Shown here in pieces: positions 1-9,889 of a DNA stretch of 64,000 nucleotides (position 1 is the first letter of the stretch; every line of letters begins with the position of its first letter). The stretch comes from Zestosphaera tikiterensis. GTDB lineage: Archaea; Thermoproteota; Thermoprotei_A; Sulfolobales; NBVN01. A program made the translations under genes and the position numbers. The stretch lies in the NCBI GenBank assembly GCA_003056265.1, contig NBVN01000004.1, positions 133,587-197,586 on the forward strand, given 5' to 3'. The notes under the pieces are model-generated. The model was not told the DNA's origin, ran no database searches, and saw nothing but the letters and a program-made list of their open reading frames with translations.

Positions 1-54
1 GTACTTGTTTTCAGGTAGCTTAAAAACCGAAAAGATGTAATGGATCGTTTCACT

Positions 55-170
55 CTTGTCTTAGTTTCCCAGAAGGTCTTGGAGACCCTACGCTTACAGT
101 TTCCTCATATAAAGTCAAAAATACTAGTGAAAAGCTTCCTCATTCCTACCTTAAAACGAGGCTTTCAGTT
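55..170 (-). mobile_element. Short IS200/IS605-derived PATE/MITE-like element, family B copy 1
   Basis: On the minus strand it starts with aactgaaagcctcgttttaagg, the same left-end motif as the TnpB elements. It is flanked by TTAC (rc at 171-174). About 115 bp are alignable by eye with 10862-10995. Confidence 0.45.
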
Positions 171-196
171 GTAACTCGTTAGACTCTACGTATATG

Positions 197-579
197 TCAG
201 TTATATATACTTACTGGGGTGAGTTCGATGGGTAGGGACCTACTCTGTGTGTAGGTCTTTCCAGTTATGTCTGAGTATTGCAGTTCCACGTTTAAACTTG
301 CTGTCTGACCGGCAACCGCTGTGGCTTTAATTAGGAGGGTTATGTTCATAGATTCGTTAGGGTTTAAATCACCTAAGTAGTATGTGGTGGGTGTGATGGG
401 GATTAGCTGAGCTGACGTACCTACATTAACTAACACGTTCTTTAAAGGAACGTCACCCGAATTCCTAACCGTTAACGTAAGGTTTGAACTACCCGGTGTG
501 TATATGTTCTTAGGGAAGGAGTTAACCTCCACAAGGATTTTAGACGGCTCTATAGTAAAACCTCTCACATACGTTTTAC
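197..579 (-). pseudogene. N-terminally truncated fragment of a CARDB/COG1361-type S-layer-domain protein
   Basis: The 123-aa ORF is beta-rich (TLTVRNSGDVPLKNVLV, LNPNESMNITL) and has no signal peptide. The upstream in-frame sequence runs into the IS left end at 580 and hits a stop. The apparent GTG start at 568 is probably fortuitous. Confidence 0.5.
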
Positions 580-2109
580 AACTGAAAGCCTTGCTTCTTT
601 AGGGTGGGGATGGATAGGTTAAACTTATAAAGCTTAAGCTTACATAACACTTAGGTTGGGAATTCTATGGCTGGCCAACGAAAGCAGTGGATGTCCCTGG
701 TGGGGGGAAACCCCACCGCAATGCCAGCCATAGAGGTTCCCAACCTCCTCAAAACAAAGAAAGAAAGTGTTAGAACTATTAGACTCAGGCTTCTACCGAC
801 AAAACAGCAAGACGAACGCCTGCGTAAAATCGCTGACATATGTTCCAAGCTTTGGAATGAGGTGAACTACGTTAGGAGGAAAGCATTCTTTGAAAAGAAG
901 AGGGTTAATATAGAAGAAACCTATAAGGAATACTATGAAAGATATAAGAAACTTGTTGGGAGCGCCACAACACAGCAAATACTAAATAAGAACAACGAAG
1001 CATGGAATTCATTCTTCAAACTCCTAAAGCTTAAGAAAGAGAGTAAACTACCGCCCTCCATTAAGAAACCCACACCACCAGGATACTGGAAGGATAAAAT
1101 CTTAGGTAAGAGAATTAAAAGAATCATCATCAGAAGCGATAGGTATTACGTAGAGCAAGTCAACAGTGATGAAGGATACATCACCCTCAAAGACTTTAGT
1201 GTGAAGGTTAAGTATGTTGGTAGGATTAAATGGTCTGGTAAGCAGGGCAGGCTTGAAATAAAGTATGAATTTAACAGGTGGTTCGCATACATACCAATAG
1301 AAGTTGGTGTGATGCCTTCGAAGAACAACCCGAAGGGTTACATTAGGGGTGGATGTGATATAATTCAGCGGGAGAAGCTCAGAGGGGAGGAGGTAGCGTT
1401 CATTGATATGGGTTTAAACAACTTGTTTGCTGTGGTGGTGACGAGTGGTGATGCTATTCTGGTGAAGGGTGGTGTTGTTAAGTTTGAGTATTACTGGTGG
1501 AAGTCCGAGAAGAGAAACGCGCAATCCACTAGAGATTTAATGAGGAATAACGGTCTTAAGGTTTGGAGGAGATTCCACCGCAGGTATTTAAGGGCGTTAT
1601 TTAAGAGTGGTGAGAGGTTAAGACACCTCTACAGAACCGCCGTTAGATTCTTAGCCAAGGAGTTGCATGAGAGGAGCGTTAAGAATGTGTATTTAGGATA
1701 TCCCTACATGATCACTCAGGATAACGGTAACGAATACAACACAAACATTTGGTGGTTTAGAAAATTAACACAATGGTTATATGATGTACTAAAGGAATAT
1801 GGTATAGAGTTACTCATAGTGTTTGAGGATAATACTAGTAGGGAGTGTTCAATATGCCACGTTATTCACGAAGGCGCTAGAGTATATAGGGGTTTATACA
1901 TATGTGAAAGAACTGAAAAGAGAATAAACGCCGATTTAAACGCTGCTATAAACATAGCCTATAAAGTTAGCTACGATATTAAAAACATTAAAAAGATAGA
2001 GAGTTTTGTCGTAACTCATAACGGTGTCAAGACCGTAACCCCCTTAAGGAGGGGTATCGCCCAAGACCCAGCAGTGAAACCCCGCCTTTAAAAGCGGGGA
2101 AAGGGTCAT
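580..2109 (+). mobile_element. IS200/IS605-family element carrying tnpB only (IS-1)
   Basis: The left end aactgaaagccttgcttctttagggtgggg lies directly 3' of TTAC (576-579). The right end ccccgcctttaaaagcggggaaagggtcat ends at 2109. There is no Y1 tnpA. Confidence 0.8.
667..2091 (+). CDS. tnpB: TnpB (IS605 OrfB/IS1341-type RNA-guided nuclease family)
   Basis: 474 aa. Motifs: RuvC-I FIDMGLNNLFAV, zinc ribbon CSICH...CERT, RuvC-III NADLNAAINIA. It is a paralog of 50534-51913 and 59859-61217 (shared KLWNEVNYVRR). The true start is probably downstream of the first ATG. Confidence 0.9.
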   Translation: MAGQRKQWMSLVGGNPTAMPAIEVPNLLKTKKESVRTIRLRLLPTKQQDERLRKIADICSKLWNEVNYVRRKAFFEKKRVNIEETYKEYYERYKKLVGSATTQQILNKNNEAWNSFFKLLKLKKESKLPPSIKKPTPPGYWKDKILGKRIKRIIIRSDRYYVEQVNSDEGYITLKDFSVKVKYVGRIKWSGKQGRLEIKYEFNRWFAYIPIEVGVMPSKNNPKGYIRGGCDIIQREKLRGEEVAFIDMGLNNLFAVVVTSGDAILVKGGVVKFEYYWWKSEKRNAQSTRDLMRNNGLKVWRRFHRRYLRALFKSGERLRHLYRTAVRFLAKELHERSVKNVYLGYPYMITQDNGNEYNTNIWWFRKLTQWLYDVLKEYGIELLIVFEDNTSRECSICHVIHEGARVYRGLYICERTEKRINADLNAAINIAYKVSYDIKNIKKIESFVVTHNGVKTVTPLRRGIAQDPAVKPRL

Positions 2110-2111
2110 AG

Positions 2112-2666
2112 CAGATCCTACCTAACGTTAGAGCTACGTCAGTTCAGCAAACGCTAAATACTGTAAACGCTGTAGTCACGCAGTTAAACCTACTGCTTGT
2201 AAGCATCGCCAGCACCTCATTCGTTGCCGCTGGTTTAGGCACTTTTAACATAATGACTGTCTCCATACTGGAGAGAGTTAGGGAGATAGGTATTCTTAAA
2301 GCGTTAGGAGCTAGGGATAGGACGGTCCTAGCCATATATTTGATTCAAGGGCTTTTAATAGGTGTTTTAGGCGGTGTAGCCGGCGTTGGTGTGGGGTTCG
2401 TAATGAGTTCGTTCGTAAGCGGGTTGTTTGTAGGGAGGATGGTAGGTGGTGTAAGAATAGGTGGGCCACCGGCGCCAGTACCAACATCTCAAAACGTTCA
2501 AAGCGTTTCCACAACGTCATCAATAACCTTCACCATACCCTATATAAACCCATACTACGTAGCTTTAGCAATGGCTTTATCCGTAACGGTTTCATTAATA
2601 GCTTCAGCATATCCCTCAGCTAAAGCCGCGAGGATGAACCCCGTAGAAGCATTAAGATATGAGTAA
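2112..2666 (+). pseudogene. C-terminal fragment of a MacB/LolE-type ABC permease (FtsX domain), truncated by IS-1
   Basis: The frame of ORF 2253-2666 stays open upstream to 2112, which directly abuts the IS right end. Motifs: LERVREIGILKALGA and C-terminal AARMNPVEALRYE. The N-terminal TM and periplasmic domain are absent. Confidence 0.7.
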
Positions 2667-2817
2667 CGAACCCAAACCTGAAGCGGAAGCCTACGTTTTA
2701 AAGCTGTAGATTAAAAACGTAAAAATTTAAAACCTGAGTTAACTTATCCTAGTAAGGATAGGAAAACGCGGGCTCAACCCTAGCAAGCAACGTGAACAAC
2801 TTAAGCAAGGGTCTTAA

Positions 2818-2895
<78 letters not shown>

Positions 2896-2947
2896 CATTT
2901 TCCTCCCGGTAATTAATGAAACCTCCTCCAACATTTCATGTAATGGG

Positions 2948-3922
2948 TTATTTCTTTCTTCCTGGCAGTTTCCTCATGTAGAACTCCTCCCCCTCATAAA
3001 TTAACCTCACTATATCGCCTGACTTCAACAACTCTTCTAAGAGTTGTGGTGTAACGCCACTTCTTTCAAGGTATCTCTCTACCTCCGACCTCCTCATCGG
3101 ATGTACGGACATTATTGATAGAAGCTCTTCCCTAGGGTTTCTCGCCGTGCCGAATTCACCCTCAGCGAACCCCGTAAGAAGCCCGACCCTCCCCTCACCA
3201 AGCTCTTTAATGAAGACCTTATATGCTTTGAGTAGTTGTTGCTCAGAAGGTGGTTTTACCCATTCCTCAGCTGGAGGCCTAGTGGGTATTGCGATGTAAG
3301 CTCTCGACACGTTTAACCCTCTAATAAACAACGCTATGTCCTCTATTTCCTCCATCTGGCCTACATCCTCTACAAGCATTGTCTCAGAGTATAACGTGCC
3401 TTTAAAGCCCCGCGCAAATGCCTTAACCCCCTCCAACACCTCACTTAATTTAAGGCTGGCGTGCGGTCTGTTAACAACCTTCCAAGTCCTAGCGTTAATT
3501 GCGTCCACCTTTATCGATACGAGATGCGCCTCTGCGAGGTCGTTACGTACATCCTCTCTCCAAAGTAGAGAGGCGTTCGTAAGAACGGCAACCTTAACCC
3601 CCAGCTCTTTAATCCTGCTGATCTCAAATCCAAGGTTCAAGTCTAGAGTGGGTTCACCGTCCGGAACAAACGTAACGTAATCTACCTCCACGTCCTTCAG
3701 CTTTTCATAAACAGCTTCAACAATCGATTTCGGATCGTAAAAAGACTTCCTAGCGTTTATGAGATTAAGGGTACGTCCAAGCTGACAATAAACACACGAA
3801 TACGTGCAACTCTTAGCTGGGATATTATTAACACCTAAGCTTCTCCCCAACCTCCTTGAAGGAACAGGCCCGAAAACAAGACCTACCCCACTCATGAGTT
3901 GCCCTAAAGATACCCCACTCAA
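2948..3922 (-). CDS. Radical SAM domain protein
   Basis: CTYSCVYCQ (CxxxCxxC) cluster near the N-terminus; 324 aa. Confidence 0.8.
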   Translation of the reverse strand: MSGVSLGQLMSGVGLVFGPVPSRRLGRSLGVNNIPAKSCTYSCVYCQLGRTLNLINARKSFYDPKSIVEAVYEKLKDVEVDYVTFVPDGEPTLDLNLGFEISRIKELGVKVAVLTNASLLWREDVRNDLAEAHLVSIKVDAINARTWKVVNRPHASLKLSEVLEGVKAFARGFKGTLYSETMLVEDVGQMEEIEDIALFIRGLNVSRAYIAIPTRPPAEEWVKPPSEQQLLKAYKVFIKELGEGRVGLLTGFAEGEFGTARNPREELLSIMSVHPMRRSEVERYLERSGVTPQLLEELLKSGDIVRLIYEGEEFYMRKLPGRKK

Positions 3923-4114
3923 AAGTTATTATCGATTAACCATCCAAAATTCTGAAGAGTCTTCGTGTATATGATACACCTAGCGGAGAACGTGTTTGCG
4001 ATATGTTTCGGGCATTCTACGTATTGATATGCTTAAAAAGGTTTATTAACCTGCTCTCACCTTAGTTTATGAGGTGAAACGCCAACGAGTTTCAACACAG
4101 CTCGTAAAGCAGTT

Positions 4115-5956
4115 ATGTTCCTTATCATTGGGTTAATGGTGTTATCCACGATTTCCAGTTATTTATTGAAAGTCGAAGGTCAAGGGAACCAAGTAGTTTT
4201 CAGGGTTGGTTGGGGTGGTACGTCCTTCGATACCTTCAACCCATTCACAACGATAGCTCAGATATCTTTATGGTCTACTTCAGACGTCTATGACTACCTC
4301 GTAAGATTTGATAAGACGTATACCAACTTCATTCCCGACTTAGCCGTCTCATGGGAAGAAGTTAACACCACCTACATAGTGTTTCACTTAGTTAAGAACG
4401 CGACATTCACCGATGGAGTGAAGGTTACTGCTGAAGACGTTAAATACAGCTTTAACTTAGCTCTGCAGGATTGGTCTAGGTTAGCACCCAATCTTAAAGG
4501 CCTTGAGTCATGTGATGTAATTGACAATTACACAGTAGGGTTTAAAGTGAAGTCTATCCCTATGTTCATGATTATGGGTGCTACAGCCGTTCCTATAGTT
4601 CCTAAGCATATTTGGGAGAAGGTGGAGAATCCAGCAACCTACGCGGATAACCCGCCCATCGGATCCGGACCACTTATGGTAACCGAGTATAAGGAGGGGC
4701 AATACATAGTGTTGGAGAGGAACCCGAACTTCTTCAGGAAGTCTTGGCTTCCTCACGTAGATAAGATAGTGATTTCTTTCTACTCCGACACTTCCTCAGC
4801 AGCGAACGCTCTTAAGGCAGGGGATGTTGATGCCGTAGGTCCTTATATACCCAGGGCAATGATTGAGGGATTTCAATCAGATCCACGTTTTAAAGTTGTA
4901 GTTCCTCCAGCGGTTTTCTACTACTACCTCTCCTTCAACGTGTACCCTGAAGGGTTAGGTAACCCAACGTTAAGGGATGTCAGAGTAAGGCAAGCTTTAG
5001 CTCACGCCGTAAACGTTACCTACTTAGCTGAAATGTCTTGGGACGGTTTCGCAAAACCTATCGCTACGCCTGTAGCCACAAGCAATCCATTCCACAATCC
5101 TTATTTGAAGCCATACACGTTTAACCTAACCCTAGCTAATGAACTCCTCGATAAAGCAGGGTATAAGATGGGCTCCGATGGAGTTAGAAGAGCTCCTGAC
5201 GGGACGCCGTTGAGGTATACAATGCTTGTACCCAGTAACCTGCCGGAGCTTGTTCGAGTGGCTCAGCAGATAGCTACGTGGTGGAAGCAAGTAGGTGTTG
5301 ACGCTAAAGTTGAGGCTATGGATACAGGAAGCATGACAGCTAAGATATGGGTTAAAGTAGATAACACTACGACCTTAGGGCATGACATCGACTTATGGGA
5401 TTGGTTCATGACCCCCAGCGACCCCACGTTTTTATCGATATTCCTCTCTAACCAAGTACCTACGGAGACTTCAGACAGCGGTTATGTGAATGAAACCTAT
5501 GATAAGCTATATGAAGATCTCTTCAACGCCCCCGATATGGAGACAGCTAGAAAGATCGCGTGGGAGATGCAAGAGATGGTTTATAGGGACCTTCCCTACA
5601 TAAATCTCTTCGAGGTTTCAACACCTCAGGCATATAACGTCAGGTTTACAGGCTTCTCGACTGACTGGCCTGGAGGTCCTTTCGGGGGCTACGACTGGAC
5701 AGTATTTCTGGAAGCTAGGTTAGCTGAAGCAACGACAACAACTTCAGCGATTACAACGGCTGTAAGCTACACAACAAGCCCTACATCCACTCAAACTACA
5801 ACCCCTCCAGCAGTGACGTCAGTTACATCCACAGCCTTAAGCACTACGGCAACGCCGTCAGGTATGGGGGCATCGACAATCACGATGGTCGTGGCTATCG
5901 TGGTGCTTGTAGTGATAATCGCCGGTATTAGCTGGTATCTACTAAGAAGGAGGTAG
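4115..5956 (+). CDS. ABC transporter substrate-binding protein, family 5 (Dpp/Opp-like), membrane anchored
   Basis: N-terminal TM/signal sequence and an SBP_bac_5-like body. The C-terminus has a Thr/Ser-rich linker (TTTTSAITTAVSYTTSPTSTQTTTPP) plus a TM anchor, as is typical of archaeal binding proteins. Confidence 0.85.
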   Translation: MFLIIGLMVLSTISSYLLKVEGQGNQVVFRVGWGGTSFDTFNPFTTIAQISLWSTSDVYDYLVRFDKTYTNFIPDLAVSWEEVNTTYIVFHLVKNATFTDGVKVTAEDVKYSFNLALQDWSRLAPNLKGLESCDVIDNYTVGFKVKSIPMFMIMGATAVPIVPKHIWEKVENPATYADNPPIGSGPLMVTEYKEGQYIVLERNPNFFRKSWLPHVDKIVISFYSDTSSAANALKAGDVDAVGPYIPRAMIEGFQSDPRFKVVVPPAVFYYYLSFNVYPEGLGNPTLRDVRVRQALAHAVNVTYLAEMSWDGFAKPIATPVATSNPFHNPYLKPYTFNLTLANELLDKAGYKMGSDGVRRAPDGTPLRYTMLVPSNLPELVRVAQQIATWWKQVGVDAKVEAMDTGSMTAKIWVKVDNTTTLGHDIDLWDWFMTPSDPTFLSIFLSNQVPTETSDSGYVNETYDKLYEDLFNAPDMETARKIAWEMQEMVYRDLPYINLFEVSTPQAYNVRFTGFSTDWPGGPFGGYDWTVFLEARLAEATTTTSAITTAVSYTTSPTSTQTTTPPAVTSVTSTALSTTATPSGMGASTITMVVAIVVLVVIIAGISWYLLRRR

Positions 5957-5969
5957 CTAGGGAGCTAAT

Positions 5970-6944
5970 GTGGTTTCGAAGTACGCGATATTTGTAATTA
6001 GGAGGCTCATTGGAAGCTTAATAGCTGTTTTTGCTATAGCAACATTTAATTTCTTTCTTTTCCGTGTTCTTCCAGGCAATCCTATAGAGCTTTTATTCAG
6101 ATCTCCAACATTAACACCTCAGCAAATCCGTGCTTTAGAGGAGCAATTCGGACTCAATAAACCTATGCTTCAACAGTTCGTAATATATCTCTATAACTTC
6201 TTTACAGGGAATTACGGTATATCATTTTATTATAGAGTGCCAGTGATAAATGTGTTGATCCCTAGGCTCGTAAACTCGCTTATATTGCTATTGCCCGCGT
6301 CTTTAGCGGCTATCGCCTTCGGTATCTTCACAGGGATGTATGCCGCCTGGAAAAGAGGCACTAAGGTTGACGTATCTATACTTACTGCGGCTATGGGGCT
6401 CTATTCCCTACCTAGTTTCTGGGTTGGTGGGTTATTAATCCTCTGCTCGCTCTTCTACCTTAAGTTACCGGTTTCCGGGATGTTCACATACGGGAGCGTC
6501 TATCCCGACGTCTGGACTTACCTTGAAGATTTTCTAAAGCACTTCATTTTACCGTTCATTACGTTAACACTTATTACCTACGGTGAATTCACCATAATCA
6601 TAAGGAACTGCATGGTAGACGTGTTGACTGAGGACTACATTAAGTTAGCTATAGCGCAGGGGACGCCTACACTTCGGCTGTTAAGTAGAAACGCGTTAAA
6701 GAATGCTATGCTTCCAACGATAAGCATCATAGCAATAAATTTAGGCCTTATAGTAGCTGGTGCTGTCTTAACCGAAACAGTTTTTGCTTGGCCAGGCGTT
6801 GGTAGGTTGATTTACGAAGCGATAATTCATAGAGATTACCCAATCCTACAAGGGGCTTTCATCATAATAACGATATCTGTTGTGGCGGCTAACTTCATCG
6901 CTGACATGCTCTACGGCTACTTAGATCCAAGGGTGAGGCACTAG
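5970..6944 (+). CDS. ABC peptide/nickel transporter permease (DppB-like)
   Basis: Multi-TM protein with GTG start. The C-terminal motif LYGYLDPRVR is typical of DppB/OppB. Confidence 0.85.
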   Translation: MVSKYAIFVIRRLIGSLIAVFAIATFNFFLFRVLPGNPIELLFRSPTLTPQQIRALEEQFGLNKPMLQQFVIYLYNFFTGNYGISFYYRVPVINVLIPRLVNSLILLLPASLAAIAFGIFTGMYAAWKRGTKVDVSILTAAMGLYSLPSFWVGGLLILCSLFYLKLPVSGMFTYGSVYPDVWTYLEDFLKHFILPFITLTLITYGEFTIIIRNCMVDVLTEDYIKLAIAQGTPTLRLLSRNALKNAMLPTISIIAINLGLIVAGAVLTETVFAWPGVGRLIYEAIIHRDYPILQGAFIIITISVVAANFIADMLYGYLDPRVRH

Positions 6945-6946
6945 CC

Positions 6947-7813
6947 ATGAACGTGAAACCCATGCTTCAATCGTTAAGCGAGTTTTGGAGGGTTTATAGA
7001 GAGAATAAACTGGGCATGGCGGGACTAATAATCATCGTCGTCTACGTTATCATAGCTATATTAGCTCCCTACATAACTTTCCACAACCCAAGTGAAACCA
7101 ACCCAAGCAAGGTATTTCTACCCCCCAACAAGGATTACTGGTTTGGAACTAATGAAGTGGGGCAAGATCTGTACGCGCTGAACATCTACGGAACTAGGAT
7201 TTCACTTATCGTAGGTTTCCTAGCCGCTTTAGTGGCTACATTTATCGGCACAACCATAGGCTTAGTGAGTGGTTACTATGGGGGGTTGCTGGATGAGATA
7301 TTAATGAGGACTACAGACTTCTTCCTAGTCATACCTCCTTTGGTGTTGATGATAGTCGTTGGCGCCATATTAGGTCCTAGCATGACTAACGCTATATTGA
7401 TTATAGGCATGTTGAGTTGGTCGCCTACAGCTAGGGTTGTGAGATCCATGACCCTCTCCGTTAAGGAGAGGCCCTTCATTGAGTCAGCAAAAGCTATAGG
7501 AGCCAGTGACTTCACAATCATCTTTAAACACATACTTCCTAACGTAATGCCAGCGATATGGGCTAACATGACCTTAGCTGTGTCGACAGCTATATTCTCC
7601 TATGCCGCAATGATCTTCCTAGGTGTAGGAGACGTTAACGACGTAAGCTGGGGTATGATACTTCATTACGCCTTTACTTCAGGCGCGTTGTCTGCGGGGA
7701 TGTGGTGGTATTTCGTGCCTCCAGGACTATTCATAGTATTGCTAACCTTCGCCTTCGTTTTAGTAGGTTACTCGCTAGAGGAGTTGTTCAACCCTAAATT
7801 AAGACGTTTTTAA
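6947..7813 (+). CDS. ABC peptide/nickel transporter permease (DppC-like)
   Basis: Multi-TM protein with a FGTNEVGQDLYA motif. It is tightly coupled to the upstream permease (2-nt gap). Confidence 0.85.
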   Translation: MNVKPMLQSLSEFWRVYRENKLGMAGLIIIVVYVIIAILAPYITFHNPSETNPSKVFLPPNKDYWFGTNEVGQDLYALNIYGTRISLIVGFLAALVATFIGTTIGLVSGYYGGLLDEILMRTTDFFLVIPPLVLMIVVGAILGPSMTNAILIIGMLSWSPTARVVRSMTLSVKERPFIESAKAIGASDFTIIFKHILPNVMPAIWANMTLAVSTAIFSYAAMIFLGVGDVNDVSWGMILHYAFTSGALSAGMWWYFVPPGLFIVLLTFAFVLVGYSLEELFNPKLRRF

Positions 7814-7864
7814 AGTAAGGTAGTCTTTAACTCTAAAATCCCTGTAATAGTCGTAACCAGCAGA

Positions 7865-9094
7865 CTAAACATTATCCAGCTTTTTTAACGCGTAAAACAT
7901 TGAGGCAAGCCTACCTAGCGAGGACGCTATGAAAACAGCCCTCATATATTCTACCCCTATAGATGCTATAGAGGAGCCTATTTTTGTTGCTGTGGAAGCT
8001 GTTAGGTTGTTGAGTATTCCAAGCATTGCTAAAAAGTAGATTCTGTTGTCGTTGTTAGCTAGGTACAGGTTGTAAATGTTGATCATATTGTTTAAGAAGG
8101 CCCATGTAAAACCGGAGTATGCGTTGAATAATATTTGCTGCGGTAGTGAAGGAGCGAAGAGGAACATTGTTGGTAAAACGGATATGAATGCCGTAGACGC
8201 TACCACTACTTTCTTAGGTTCTAGTTTTTCATGAAGTTTGCTTATGATGTAATAACCCAACATTGAAGTTAGAGTGCTTGATATGCTATTAATTGAGATC
8301 CATGATTCATCACCCTTAAATACTTTAATTAAGTAGTAGTTCCATAAAGCTGATGGGAGGTTTACTGAGAAAGTTAAAATAAGCATATATAGCATATAAT
8401 GTTTAACGTCTTCTTGTCGAGTAATTTCTTTAAACTTAGAAGCCACTAACTTAGGCGTTACGTTAAGTGAAGGGCTTTCAGTAACAGTCCATAACGATAA
8501 AAGGAACGCGATGGAGATAAGCGACGATATGAATGATAGTGTATAATATATTCTATAAGCTAAGACTACATCGCTAATCACGCTAAATATCGTAACCCCA
8601 GCTGTTAATCCAATCAACGTAGCTGTAGTGGTGAAGACGTTTACCTTGCTGAATACCCCTATAGACTTCTCTCTTAACACCATGTCGGCTATAGTATCTG
8701 AATATGCTAAACTACCTATAGATCCAGCTAACTGAGCTACCCCAATAAAAAACGGAAACAACCACTTTACTTTAGTTAAATCAGCAAAACCCGAGGTACT
8801 CCACATTAATAGGTTTATTAAGGCGAAAACCTTCCACAGAATAACTCGCTTACCTCTAAATCTATAAACCAGCAGTAAACCAATGAAGTTCCCAAGAGCT
8901 ATTGCGGAAATGTTGACGAAGGTTAAAGACCCTACCTCATCAACGTTATATTTAAGTATTCTAATCGCATACGCTTGATAGAAAGTTGTAGATGCGGTTA
9001 TAGCTAAACTATAGAAAAACGAGTGTAAAGTCCACCTTCTCATCCATAACTCCTTAGTTTTAACGTTTTTCACAACACTTGACAATTTAACCAC
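7865..9094 (-). CDS. Polytopic membrane transporter, MFS-like
   Basis: 409 aa with about 12 hydrophobic segments. No diagnostic motif was verified. Confidence 0.5.
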   Translation of the reverse strand: MVKLSSVVKNVKTKELWMRRWTLHSFFYSLAITASTTFYQAYAIRILKYNVDEVGSLTFVNISAIALGNFIGLLLVYRFRGKRVILWKVFALINLLMWSTSGFADLTKVKWLFPFFIGVAQLAGSIGSLAYSDTIADMVLREKSIGVFSKVNVFTTTATLIGLTAGVTIFSVISDVVLAYRIYYTLSFISSLISIAFLLSLWTVTESPSLNVTPKLVASKFKEITRQEDVKHYMLYMLILTFSVNLPSALWNYYLIKVFKGDESWISINSISSTLTSMLGYYIISKLHEKLEPKKVVVASTAFISVLPTMFLFAPSLPQQILFNAYSGFTWAFLNNMINIYNLYLANNDNRIYFLAMLGILNNLTASTATKIGSSIASIGVEYMRAVFIASSLGRLASMFYALKKLDNV

Positions 9095-9118
9095 GCTGCG
9101 GTAACTGCTTGCTCTTAT

Positions 9119-9886
9119 CTAAGAAGATTCTATCGCCGCGTCTGGCACTGCGTCTTTAATTCTCTTAGATACCTCCTCCAGTATGTTACTTAGCTTTCTA
9201 TAGTTTAATATATGTGTTTCCACAATGAATTCTAGCTTATCGCCCTTCATAGATGATAAACTTATGGTTGGTTCGGAAGCAAGGTCTTCTGCGACGGCTT
9301 TAAGGGATTTGAGAATAGCCTCCCTAACAGCCTCAATACCTTGTCGGGCTGGTGCGATAACGCGTATTTTAACGGAGAGCCCTATAGGGGTGGAGCGATT
9401 CACTACCGTTGCGTTGATGATTTTTGTATATGGTATGAAGACCTTCTCCATCCTTTGTGTTTCCCCAATAATCTCTAGAGTGTTTAGCTCTATAACCCTA
9501 ATGAATTCCCCGTCGATTTCCACCCAATCCCCCTTCCTAATAAAGCCTTTAGACCTTACGTAAAACTCAGCACCTATGTTTCTAAGCACGTCAGCAAACA
9601 TCACTATGATGGCTAACCCTATGATTAACAACATTATGGAGAATGCTTGAGCCTCCGGCATTAAGATAGTCGCAACTATGATTAATGCCGACCCGTAAAT
9701 CGTAAGCTTCGCTATGCTTAACGCCCTAGCAACATAACCTTCCTCAATAGTCTTAAACATACCACGTAATATTCCCTCAAGCACTTTCGTTAATAACCAT
9801 GAGGCTAGCAGTACTATTATGGATGCTATAATCCTCGGCATTACTAAGTATAAACTCTCTGTAATCACATCTATGAAGGATTCCAT
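9119..9886 (-). CDS. MscS-like mechanosensitive channel family protein
   Basis: N-terminal TMs followed by a GDWVEIDGEFIRVIELNTLEIIG...IPYTKIINATVVNRS beta-domain signature. Confidence 0.65.
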   Translation of the reverse strand: MESFIDVITESLYLVMPRIIASIIVLLASWLLTKVLEGILRGMFKTIEEGYVARALSIAKLTIYGSALIIVATILMPEAQAFSIMLLIIGLAIIVMFADVLRNIGAEFYVRSKGFIRKGDWVEIDGEFIRVIELNTLEIIGETQRMEKVFIPYTKIINATVVNRSTPIGLSVKIRVIAPARQGIEAVREAILKSLKAVAEDLASEPTISLSSMKGDKLEFIVETHILNYRKLSNILEEVSKRIKDAVPDAAIESS

Positions 9887-9889
9887 ACA

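Noticed and set aside
667-760. N-terminal extensions of the three TnpB ORFs (the first ~30-45 residues from the first in-frame start)
   Set aside because: The extensions run through the IS left-end hairpins and are not conserved between IS-1 and IS-2/3. The real starts are probably further downstream, but the ORF-track coordinates were kept because they cannot be fixed by eye.
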